The position numbers and the translations under genes were made by a program. From Blasia pusilla (Eukaryota), in the NCBI GenBank assembly GCA_050084515.1, contig CM114271.1, positions 27,156,001-27,220,000 on the forward strand: a stretch of DNA of 64,000 nucleotides, in the 5' to 3' direction. Positions 39,201 through 51,399 of this stretch are shown piece after piece. Each line of letters begins with the position of its first letter. Within the stretch, counting starts at the first letter, position 1. The notes beneath the pieces are model-generated. The model worked only from the letters and a program-made list of their open reading frames with translations, was not told where the DNA came from and did no database searches.

Positions 39201-42200
39201 TATGCCATTGCTTTAGACATCTCATAGCATACTCCAAGGTCTTGGTCTTATGATTTAGACCTTTTAGATGGCATAATGTAGAAATCTGGCATGTTGCGGG
39301 AATTTTTTATTAGTGCCTATCCGCCTAACCTTGAATAGAAGTGTATCATGCTGCCATTTTTGTGAATCTGAATGCGATCACCATCAAATTTGCACTCCAC
39401 TACAACCTGCTTACCACGAAGCTGCAACCAAGAGAACACCAGTGGAACTGAGCCTTACAGGAACATTGAGTGGAGAGCACTGTAAACCTCAGGTTGTTAA
39501 CAAAGAGTGCACTGAGTACAAGTGAGGATCTAAGAAACCAGAGTGCCAAATCACAACCCCTTCAATATGTCATAATATGTTTGCAGAAAAAATTGTACCC
39601 GTGAAACAGAAAATTGACCAACAACTAGATGATTTTGAGAAGCTTGAGAGCTTTATTCAAAGAGGGGCTAAATGTTGAAATTGCAACTGTAAGATCAGGA
39701 GCAAAAAAATCTGTTTTTTTTTACTATGAAAAGTTACTTTTTCTATCTATAGGTAAAATTCTATTTTTAGGTTTACTACTTATAGGTTTTCGCAATAGCT
39801 TTTTTAGTCTTAGTTAAAAACCTTTAGGGTTTCATAATAGCCTCCTTTAGCCTTTAGTTAAAGACTTTTAGGGTTTAAGATAGCCAGGGGCTATCCTATA
39901 AGAGCAAGAGGCTTACCAGAGCACTCTTATTCTCTTCTCTACTATTCCCAGCTCCTGGACCTGCGAACTTCAGTATTGCTGCCCCTCAGCTTGGGTGACT
40001 GACCTATTGTGATAGAAGGAGTTGATGTTTTGGAGGACCTGCTGCTGGAGGAGATAGTGTGCTGCTTGAAAAGGCATCAATAGTGTAGAGAGTCTCTTCT
40101 TCCTATAGGGAGGAAGTTTATGAGTAGTAGATCAATCAGATCTCTCTCATGTTTTTGTAAGTACAGAGTTTCCCTTTCCTATTTGACGTCTGTGAAACTA
40201 TTCCATGTATCTGTAATCTGCTGTAACTTCTTGGAGCTTGGAGAAACAAATTAGCTCTGTAATCAAAGTCAGTATTTGTTTACTCCTGTTTTTCTTTTAC
40301 TAAATCTTTAAATGACCCTACGATGCCAACATATATCCAACAAAACTCAATCGTAAGACTGGAAATGGCCAACAGAAACTGTACTACAACCGCTAGCTAG
40401 ATTCACCCAAATCAAGTGCTACTCACTACTTTTTCTACATTGTAGAATTATTTAACACTTCAGGTCCCATCCAGGCCCAGCCATATTATTAAATGGACTT
40501 CCACAAGCAAATTTTCTAAGCCAGCAGAAGCTTCCAGACTGTAGTTTTTTTCGCTCAAACAAAATCCATTAAGTGTCTGATACACAACATTACCTTTTTC
40601 CATGCTTCATCCACGTTTGCAACCCTTGCTGCAAGTTGTGGTCTCACAGCTTTTCCAACCTCTATGTCCTGTAGAAACACAAAGCCATTCTTCAGCTGGT
40701 AGCTTGAGCTGAAGATGGAAGCAATTTATGATGCCATACTAGCTAAGTATGAAAAAATGAAAGGTTGACCCTTCTCAATTCAAATGATCAGCATTTTCCT
40801 CTGTCGCTTATCCACGTCTTGGTATTATTACTTCCATTTTACCACCACCACTGTTTTGACAACCACATCCCTTGCATGAAATAAATAACTGAAAGGATGC
40901 ACTTATTAGAACTTGAACTTAAACAGGACAGTTGTCAATTTGTCATTTCCTTGATGAAACAAAGTCCAACTACAAATAACGAACTTGTTGTCATACTAAA
41001 TTGACACGTCCACACATACATGCTTCAAGGAATTAATCCAAGAAGGTTGTACCTGTCTATCATATCGCTCATTTCGGTTGTGAAGTTTCTCGCAGACCAA
41101 TTTCAAGTCACAGGTGACATTGAATAGATCCTCCGCATCAGGATGAAATTCATTGAAAACTGTCTTTTCACTGATTCCCAGCTTCAAGTCTGTTGCTCGT
41201 CCAAAAATATTCCATTAATATTTTCATATAAAAATTTGATCCAAAGGATCAAAGAAGCTCTGCTCACAAGTTAGACTAACTTGAAGGAACTCACTTGTTC
41301 TACCACAGCTAGAATCAGTCATACAAACAATGTGAAGAACCCAGCAGCCCCTCCACTTTGTCTCCACAAATAACTGCTCTCATTAATTCAACAAAACAAG
41401 GGATCAAAGCAAAGCTTCATGGTTTAGGGGCATCCAAACTTCAATTTAAGGCTGAATACCAATTGTCCTGCTAAAATTGTCTCTATGGCATAGTTTTCTT
41501 CTTAAATGCGTTGTGTATCACATAAATACATAGTTTGTCATGAGGAGCTTACTAATGTGATAGGAAACCCCTCCAAGATTTGGTTCTTTCTGTCATTATG
41601 ATTATAAGGACTTCTCAAGACAAATGTGACTGAATGAATGAATGAATAAAATGATTTTTTGTCCACGGGGCTCCATAGAGGGACCAAGGGACTTTGATTT
41701 GCAAATTTTGCAAGAATTGAGCTGTGAGAATCCAAACAAAGAGGACCTAAGAGGTTCTCTGGTCCAGGTGGTGTTCCCTAGCCTTCACACACCTATGTAT
41801 GAATTTGGCAATCTTAACAGAGAGCTAGCATGTTCATACCATTACCTTCTTGAAGTAGAGAAAAGTCTAAATGCTTACAAGAGCTTCCAAACTGGCGAGG
41901 TCTGTCAACAGGTTGTTGTGGTTTACCTTTCAATATGATCATAATAATCCAGCGCATTTCTTGAGCATTTGTCTTATTGATCATGTCGGCAAGAACTGCA
42001 ACCTTCTCCTCTCTTTCCATTCCAACACAAACTCACATCACAAGCAGAGTAGACACTCTGAGTCAACCAGAAGTAATTGAAGGCACAGCAGCATTCTTGT
42101 TCACAAGTTTAAAGTTAGAACTTCATAATTAACAGTACAAAATGTAAAAAGAATCTATAAACAGAGCTGACTTCTGCCAGCCGCTCTCAAAGTTTAGTTT

Positions 42201-43506
42201 AAATGCTCGCAAAGGGATGTACAGACAAATAGATTGAAGGGCTGAGCTTACCTGCGCTCTGCTGCAGCTAACTTGTTCAAAAGATCGTTGATATCCTTGA
42301 TCTTGAGACCCATTGATGTGACTCGTTGACGGCGGAGCAGAATCTAGTTCAAACATGCTCTTGTGAGAAGTTTAGTGATCACCTCAGACCAACGAAAAAT
42401 TCAAGCCCACCGTGATTGTAGTTCAGCTACTGAATATGACCGTATGCATCCAATCTACATAAAAGATGACTCAAGAAAATGGATAAGTAAACGCCATGGA
42501 AGATGGAATTTTCTCTTGGTTACTCATCTTTATTTGTCAGTGGCAGGACTCATCTTCATTTTACATACAAATCGCACCTTGACATGAACTGCTCTACAAT
42601 CCTAACGATGACTGTAGTTCTGTGATTGAACTTCATACGCTAGGTTAAGCTCAGAATTTTATTGCTGACAATGTCACACTATTGTGTACACTTTGACTCA
42701 CAAAACGCTCAGATACGAGTTCGTACAACTTAATTGGCTCAGAGGTAACTGTTACAAGCGTAACCAACCTAGCCCGTCAGACAGGAAGCACTCGCTACTG
42801 GCTATCATTCAGAAGTAAGTAAGACGTTTTCGATGAAGAAAAGCTCAAATAATGAAAAAAACTTTGCAGGAGATTGTGCCGTGACTCGAAGGATTAACGC
42901 AAACAATGTTACGCAAGCGCAGCAAAATCACGAGGCAAATTGAGCAAAATGAGAAATACCATAACTCAAGGCTTCAGTGGAAAATGGGTGTGCGGGCGGG
43001 GAGGGAGCTGCAATAAAACTTGCACACAGTAGAGGCATTCCTAGGAATCATTCTTGATCTGCTCGAAGAAAAAGTTTCTCAGAATTATAAAGACCAATCG
43101 TCCGATCGTTCTGCGCGCATCATTACGAACATTATGAACAAAATCAAAAAAGGTGTAAAAGAAAATTCACCTCGGTGGCGACGAAAGAGAAGTTCCCAGC
43201 ATTGCTACCAGCTCGATTCCCTCCTTTCCTCCAATTCAAAAACTTTTGTGCATCCTCTGATTTCTCTGACAAGCACAACGCCTCGGCGAGCGACTTTGCA
43301 AGCACTGCCTCCCGGAGACCATAATTACCCCGATCTTTATCAAGGTTAGGTAACATCAGGCGCATAGCGCTGAAAAAATCGTGACCCGTGTACACATGAG
43401 TTAAAAACGTGCGCACGTGCTTACGCTTCACTGGACCCTTTTTTGCCCGCACCACGGCATCCAGCATGCTACAGAGCACTGAAAATTCAACAGTTGCATC
43501 GCACAT
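27219..43506 (-). CDS. LIG4: DNA ligase IV (multi-exon; DBD, adenylation, OB, BRCT domains)
   Basis: ATG 43506 (MCDATVEFSVLCSM); exons encode LKLGISEKTVFNEFHPDAEDLFNVTCDL, catalytic ECKFDGDRIQIHK (~39350-39400), CILDGEMLVWD, EGIILKDLDSKWEP..KWLKLKPDY, GYFGSGRRGG, LRFPRVHKVRYDKPW and BRCT segments; last exon ends VDDLLNPR* at 27219. Not every exon boundary was resolved. Confidence 0.95.
29900..30581. mobile_element. Solo LTR in LIG4 intron
   Basis: TGAGAA...TTCAACA flanked by 5-bp TSD CACCC (29895-29899 and 30582-30586). Confidence 0.75.
35050..36970 (+). mobile_element. 5'-truncated decayed LINE (RT + C-terminal CCHC) in LIG4 intron, antisense to the gene
   Basis: FVDFKRA, VKQGCSMSPTLL, LL*TDDIVL (YADD-equivalent) and RLCRHC...DDEQHYLFHC motifs across frameshifted ORFs. 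Confidence 0.9.
39673..40331 (+). mobile_element. Probable solo LTR in LIG4 intron
   Basis: TGTTGAAA...GCCAACA termini and an internal TATA-like CTATAAGAG; no convincing TSD. Confidence 0.45.
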
Positions 43507-46090
43507 CTTTACGAGGGGACTGCAGTCTGCACGCGACAGCGATAACACCAATTTCGAATTTTCACCACACACAAAATTTCCCAAGGTTTGGAATTCCTCA
43601 ATTTGAACACCTCTCTTTCCAGTATTTCACCGCATTCGGGCCTCTTTAAACTGAATGATCGCACATTTTACGAGTAGATTGCACACTGGGAGCCAGAATA
43701 GTAACACCAATTTCGACTCCACAGCAGTTCGAAATTTCCAAACGTTTCCAATTCCAAAATTTGATCACCGATCTCTTCCCACTCTTCCACCGCATTTGGC
43801 CCTCTTTGACCTGAACGATGTAGGTGAAGAAAATCTTTCCGCTACCCAAATTGCCACATTCGGACACGCCGTGCGAGGTTGACGGATCTGGAGCGCCTTC
43901 CTCGTACACGTCAGTGATGGACAAGCGTTCAAAATTTGTGCTGTATGATAATCAAATCGTTTGTGATTTCGTTCGCCACTGCGCGTAAAATCATCAACCT
44001 CATGACGATACGATAACGCAAAGATATGTATCATCTGCACGTCATGGACAAATCACAGGAAAGTGAAATGTGCACACCTACGTCTCCATTCGATAACACA
44101 AACCTTCCATGACACGTAACAAAGAAACGCTGGGGCTGACCCGCTTCGTTCGCTAGAGAATCGCTACAGCGTAAGAAGGGCAAACTCACCTGCTGCACTC
44201 ATCTTTGGTACATCGTACACTTCCGCTTCTGCTCACGACTGTGATGGACTCCTATAATGTAACGGGGCCAAAAGGAATCCCTCTTGTGTATACACATGTG
44301 GACGTTCATCACCGGTGTGCGCTGGGTATAGTTTACATTTAAGAACAAAATATTTATAGATTTTAATTATTTTATTATAATAAATTAAAAATTAATTTTA
44401 TATTATTAAAAGAGGATAGGTTTAAAAAACACTTCTTCATATAAATTTATTTTGACACATGTAATATTTAGGCATATTTAGGCATAACAAAGGTAATATC
44501 CTCTCAAAATAGAATCCTCTTTCCGCAATCATGGCTTAAATGAACTAGTAAGAATACTAGTGCCCCTTATTAATTTCTTTTTACATATAGCACGGGAGAC
44601 ATAAAATCTTGGAGTAAAAATAATTTATAGTCCTATTTTCCTTTCTTTTCTTCGTTATATTTAATTATCTACTGTTGATATGTGTCAACATCACGAAAGC
44701 CCTCGGAGGACATGCGTCGAGAGGAGGAGGAGGGATTCTCTAAACCCATCCTCTGTAAATAGTATAAATTACATATTTACGGCCCCAAATATCATCGGCT
44801 TAATTTGGCCCAAGATTGTCGTGGCGGCATGTTTGTCACGAGTGCAAACGTAGCACAATGTGTCCACGTGTCAAAATGATGGTCGTGTCGATCTAAGAGC
44901 CGCTAGATACATGTGAAGATATTAGGTTGGTCTCAAGATTTGTCAAGGCAAGGCTCATATGTGGCATTCAAGAAAGCGATTTCACAGCAAAGTTCTAAAA
45001 GTAGGAAGGCCTAAGTGTTTGTGCGTATCCTATCGAAAACTCATCAACACCATGTTGCTCCTTTGCTGATAATTGATTGTTGGGCCACAACACCCCGCAA
45101 TATGTTTCTACATTCTTCGTGCCAAAAGGAGTACATGCCTGCCAATTTCTTATGTGTATAGGATTTTGCAGGCACTCTGCACAATGCGGGTGCCGGGAGT
45201 AATGGCATTAGGGGTAAATACTGGATGTCACGGCGTTCTACGTGAATTCAGCTACTTGTTACTATATCACGATCCTATTGCTATCCATTCTTAACATGCA
45301 AAAGGCAAAATTTTATCTCCAAAAAAGGAGATTCGGTTGCATATTTGTGTGACGATTATTGTTCACACAAGTTGAGATTCACTCTCATTGTTGGTCCACA
45401 GATTACTTGTTGTTTTACAGCATACTCTGTGCCTGCCTACTACTCATCTTATCTCTATCAAGTTGTTAGAATTCAAAGGCTAGTTCTTTCCCACGAGTCA
45501 GAAATTAGTGTGCTACTATTGGATCCGCCTTATGCAATATCAAGGATGCTTGGATTTTTTCCTGCACTATCTCACGGTCTGCCAAATATATTGGTTGCGT
45601 GTCCCATAGCATTAATTTTCTTCCTCCACCAAATTTCACATGTATCGGATTTTGTTGCATGCAAAGGAGACCCTCAAGGACAATCGTTCCTTTTCCATCC
45701 CTATTTGCAACTCCCACTCGTCATTGTGTTGTAGGCACGAAGGATTGTTTGTTGCTCTTCGTATCTTTGTGTCACTTTGTACATATGTTGTAATCTCACT
45801 TTCTTGCTTAGTACTTCAGGACTTGAAAAGCTATGCCCTCCCTCAGTGCATTGAGGCACCACTGAGCTTACACACATGAAAAATTCTTCCACTCTTCCAC
45901 ATTTAGGCAACCCATCTGAATCCGACGGGTTGCAATTTGCACAAAATTTTTAAAAACAGGAAAATTGTTCGAATCATAAATGTGGAACAAATCTCTTTTT
46001 CCATCCAAGGTCTCGAAAAAATCTATCATTTCCCCTGGGCTGAATAGAGTTCAAGCTCAAAGTGAAGGTTCTGGCAAATGAAAGTACAAT

Positions 46091-49000
46091 CTAAGACCTC
46101 ATTTTGCATCCGCAAAGTGGTTTGTTTAGAATACTTTGCACTTCTTTGAGGGACAGAATTGGTTGGTGGATTCCAACTCCTACCTCCAACTCTCTTAAAA
46201 CTACAAGCAACACATAGTTCATGTGCTTACAAGGGAAATACCTTTTCCCACTTGTCTCTCTTTGGACAAAGTCATCATAGGAACATGTGGGAAAGGAAGC
46301 AGATGTGCACCACATACCCCTGTGACACTTGAATTTACAGTGTTGTTCCTGACCCAATACATCCTTCCTATTCCATTGCCACTCAGGTTATCTTTTATGG
46401 CGATGATTTCTATGTTTGCCTCTTGAGCTTATGCGATTCGCTTTGCTCTCTCCACCATTGGCCTACACATTATGTTTCTCTTCACCCCATTTCTAGACTC
46501 AAACAGAAATAGTGGATTGAGATCATCCACCTTCTCTGGGTACATGTTGACATCAATCTTGGGTTGAATACGAAATGCAAAGGTCTCTGTAATGCAAACA
46601 TGCTCCGAACTTCCTCCGTCTATGAGTCTAAAACCGGCACTTGTAAGATTTTCCACTTCATCCTGAGTGCAATTCATACTTGTGGCAATGGGCCAAATCG
46701 TGGGGGTTCCTGGAGCTCCAATGGTAGCCGGATAAGACTTTCGGAAACCGCACGATTCATTTGGGCGGAAGAAGTACTTCAATTGATCCCCGATCCTCCT
46801 AAAATGATCAAAGTTTTTGAGTCCCCAAAATCCAGGCAATGGTCATCCAGTCCTTGTACAGTTCTTATCTAGGAAAGTGCCGCATGCTCTCCTAATGCCA
46901 TCAGATCCTGCCCTGCAAGTGGGTTCACGTCTAGGGTTGCTCCGAGATATATGCCAGCTTTTGAGGTTGCAATCCACCTCAATGACTGGAATCCCATATA
47001 GTTGAACTACCCCAGAGACCAGATGTTGCGAACTTCCAGCAACGGAGGGCTTTTGAAATAAAAATTCATTGATTTTGGAGAAGTTACTGCATCTTGGATT
47101 TGGGAGCAATTCGGGCTCTCCGGATACTTGGGCGGCATAATTTTTTCATCCAAATCAATCATTGGGTTTGTTCCTCGATGCTGCCTCTTCACTTGCATGA
47201 TGTTAAGATACTTATCTGGTCTCCACGAGTCTCGCTTGGACTGCTCTACCACCATATGTATAGGACGTCTTGAAACACGCCCACGAATATCCTCACCAAT
47301 GTGGACATGTTGCTCGAGGGAAGTTCCTGCTACGCATCAATTGAAGGCTTCCACATAGAGTTTCTCATCACCAGATCTCACAGCCGCCTTGACATAGAGC
47401 TCGTAAATCGGAGGCCCCTTTCCTTTTGTTATGCCTTTTGTGAGGAAGATATGAGATGTTGCAGACTATACCATTGCTCTTGCCTAATCTTGTTGGCATG
47501 CCTCCACGAGTGAAATTCTTTGGCATGCTTATGACGACCTCGAGGAAGAATGACCACTTCCTGCTCCACTTGTGTTGGGGCAGAGGGCATTTTCATGAAT
47601 GTTCAATCCCTGCAACGACGACAATGTGAGAAGGGAACAAAAATAGCTCTATGAGCAAAGAAAAAATAAACCTATTGGAACGAGACGGGTTGCAAGTCAG
47701 AGGCATCCCATGAATGACTCTGCAACCCGTCGGTTTCCGACGTGTTGCAACATCCAAGAACCATCTAGTGCAACCCGTCGGATTCAAACGGGTTACAAGT
47801 AACTTTGGCCACTCCGGGCTGGAAGATCCAAGTGCGAGTCATCGGAATCCGACGGGTCGCACATGGATTTTCCAGCCTCCGACTTGAAACAGGTTGCAAG
47901 TCGAAGACATCCCTGGAATGTCCCAGTACCCTTTTACTGCAACCTAGCATCCAAGAACCTACTACTATAACCTGTCGGAAATCGGACGGATTGTGAGAAG
48001 CAGGTCGGTCCGGTCTCGAAAATCCTTGTGCAACTTGTCGGATTCTGTTGGTTAGCAAGAAGTGTCCACACACGAAGCTTTGCATATATTGGAACTCGAC
48101 GGGCTCCAGTTATCTTGCACTGATGAAATGTGTCTGGATGCGAGGACTTGGAGACAGCGGCAACGTGTCTAAATACGAGGAGTCGCATACAGACGCAACT
48201 TGTCAGAATCCGACAGATTGCAGACAAACGCAACTTGTCGAAATCTAATGGGTTGTAGACCGATTTAACTCGCAGCCTCAGCCTTGCGGCTTGCAACCCA
48301 TCCGGATCGAACTATTTGCAGGCCTTATATACATGCAACTTGCAACCTGTCGGGATTCGACAAGTTGCACACTTATGCAACTAGTCGGGTTCTGACGGGT
48401 TGCACAAACATTCCTCGTGCATCCTGTCGCGCTCCGACATGTGTGACACTCATGCAACCAATCGAGTTTTGACAGGTTGCACAAACATTCTTGATGCAAC
48501 CTGTCGGTTTCCGAAAGGTTGCACACTCAGGCAACCCGTCGCATCATATGGGTTGCTTGGTTTTTGCGGTTTGAAATCACTACATTGCCCACACTTCTCA
48601 ACTTGAGCTGCAACTTTCCAACTGCACAATTCTCAGCATGAGCTCGAAAGGATGAAATACTCAACTCACCTGCCGCATGAAGTTTCCTCATTGTCTCATT
48701 CGTACAGTCCACCAACTGAGCCAAGAGCACAACTCTTTGTACTTCCCCTCAATCGCATGCTTTCTCCACCACCCATGAAGTTCTTCTAGGCACTCCATGG
48801 CCTGTTTCAAGGTTTTGCTATCCTTGCAGCGTTGGAAAGGACTGCCAACGCTGCAAGGATCCAAACTGCCAACGTCTTCTACTTTTACCTCATAGACAAA
48901 TATAGTTTTGAGTCCTTTCTCCACATAGTTGTAAACGTGAGCACCCATGGTCAACTATCCATTCAGCACTCTATAGCAAATATCAAAGCTTACCTAGCTG

Positions 49001-50453
49001 CCGTAGAGATCTTCCCCTTCCCTCATTTGATCTATAAGATTGAAGCCTCTGAACGACCCTGTAGTTGACATTTTGAAGACATGAACCCTGGATCCTGTGC
49101 CTCCCTGGCCCATGAACTATCATCTCTGAATAAATGGAAATATGGAGTTGGCCTTGATTCTGGCAATGGCATCCATTTCGGCCGTCTTTCCATCAAGTAC
49201 CCAGATTTGACGCAGCAAATTCCGGAAGCAGTCAAGATCATTGAGAAAGGCAAGATTTTCCCACAGTTGTTTCTCCTCACCAGCCGTGACCTCGCCTTGC
49301 CCAGGGATTCCAAGCAGTTGTTCACAAATTTGTGATGTTGTTGTTAATTTGATCACTCCGGGCTTTGATCGCGGAGAGTTTGTATATACCTCGGCGACTT
49401 TCTTTGCCACATCCTCCTTGATGTATCTCTGAATTACACCGATAACAGGATGAATGTGAACATGAACTTCCAGCCTAGTGTATTTGGACATAGAACTGAA
49501 GTCATGCACAATGAAAAATATGTATGCATGACACGCTCCAACGCAAAAAGGGGATGCCTGACAATGAGGACATCGATGGCCTCCCGACGGTATGGTCGCA
49601 CCAACCTCATATGGAGTTTCTGCATTCTTTGGGGAGAATTGCGACGTATTGACTCGCCCATTGCGCTCTAGATACGGGCAGCTTGGACTTTTACACTCCA
49701 GGTCTCCAACGCATTAGCGGCGAGAAACAATCCAAGGACCATCTGGAATTGAAGCACTAGTCCGTTGAAGCGTGCACCATCGATGACAATCAGACTTTCT
49801 ATCCATACCCTTCAAGCGTCCTCCATCTTTCTTTTGAGCAGGACGAGCAAGTGGAGGCAACTAAAAAATGCAATTATCATCATACGTGGGCGGCAGCTCG
49901 TCGACAAGAATGTGCTTGAATATTTTAAAGGGCAGAGATGACATCAAAATATTGCCTGATACTCGCAAGAGGAACAAGTAGGCAGACACAGGGCCTGGTT
50001 GGTGTCTGATAGATCCATTGAGGTTGACGACATCCAAAATGTCTTCAGGAAGTACAACATTGTGTGAAATTGGATGTAGATGCCGGATCTACTGACATGG
50101 GAGTGGCAAACGTAGAGCTCGGTGCACTAGGAAATTCTGGACCGTCTACTTGGGAAACAGAGGAATTTAGAGGCAAGCCAAAAAACTCTGTATTGACCAT
50201 TTTTTTGAGGTAGGAGATTCCATACTTTACAATCTGCTATCACTGGCTGGACTATCTCACCTACAACGTCCTCCATACCGTCCACCCTAACATCCTTGGA
50301 AACAAAGATTGTTCCAATTTGGAGAAGAAATCGCACTAAGAGGAAATTTTCATGCATTGGTATGTAAAACTCATGAGCTTGCGGTCGAATTATTTTTGAT
50401 TGAGGAAGGGCCACTAGATGACTGCCACAAGTGAGTTTTACATAATTATCCAT
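46091..50453 (-). pseudogene. MULE transposase copy B with C-terminal SWIM zinc finger; internal deletion in DDE core
   Basis: Colinear with copy A from ATG 50453; predicted intron 48669-47610 (GTGAGT...GTTGCAG); LSWWTVRMRQ, then PNTSGAGSGH (third catalytic E position reads G), and FPTCSYDDF...PCKHMNYV SWIM remnant near the stop at 46091. Many stops. Confidence 0.85.
47610..48669 (-). repeat. Transposase intron packed with the 27-bp palindrome
   Basis: More than ten degenerate GCAACCCGTCGG...CGACGGGTTGC copies between the predicted splice sites. Confidence 0.8.
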
Positions 50454-50994
50454 TCCCAAATTACTCCACCGGGTGGAGAATGAGCATAAGAATAAGAATA
50501 AGAATAAGAATGGAAATGAGAATGAGAATGTTTAATTTATAGTGAATAGTAACCGTTATTCTCCTGACAAGATGTTGTTTGGTGGGTGAGATTGTCTGAC
50601 ATAATGGATTCAATCTTGTTGCAACCTGTCGGAGTCCGACGGGTTGCAAATTTTGGGACTCGACCACGTGGGTTGCAAAGCCACGGAGTATCTTCTTCTA
50701 AGTGCAACTTGCAACCCGTCGGAGTCCGTTGGATTGAACGCACTTTCTTATCGGTTACCCCTGCCTATGTGATCAGTCTGATTGGAGACGGGATCCACGA
50801 GACCTCACATGGATTTCCTACAGCAACGTGTTGGGGACTACAATGGGTTGGAAAGGTACCTTACCTCACTTTCCCTTTTGGAGGTAACTGAGTTTCAAGG
50901 GGATCTCACGTCGATTTCTCTTGTCCACTGAACCGTGCAAACCGTGAGGGCAGTTTTGCTGTATGGTGGGAAGTGTCCAGCCCATGGTAGACCT

Positions 50995-51399
50995 TGTAAC
51001 CCGTCGGAGGTCAACGGGTTGCCTCGGGACGATGCTTTGTCACCTTGCTACCCGAGGACGAGGGAAGCGTGCAATCCGTCGGTCTAAGACGGGTTGCCTG
51101 ACTACCTCGCCTTGTTATCGCAAGATGAGGGAAGCGTGCAACCTGTCGGTTTTTGAGGGGTTGCCCGTGTACCTCACCTTGTTACCCGAAGATGAGGGAA
51201 GTGTGCAACCCGTCGGACTCCAACAGGTTGTCTGGATACCTCGCCTTGTTCCTCGAGGACGAGGGAAGCGTGCAACCCATCGATCTCGGACAAGTTGAAT
51301 GGGTACCTCGCCTTTTTATCCCAAGACGAGGGAAGCGTGCAACCCGTCGGCCTTTGACGGGTTGCGCGAATACCTCGCCTTGTTACCCCAAGACGAGGG
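50995..51399. repeat. 67-bp palindrome-containing tandem array (MULE copy B)
   Basis: Unit approx. GAGGGAAGCGTGCAACCCGTCGGTCTCCGACGGGTTGCCTGGGTACCTCGCCTTGTTACCCGAAGAT. Confidence 0.9.

Noticed and set aside
45000-45900. Possible further decayed ORF and left terminus of MULE copy B
   Set aside because: No recognisable motif, and no match to either terminus defined by the 55631-56249 element.
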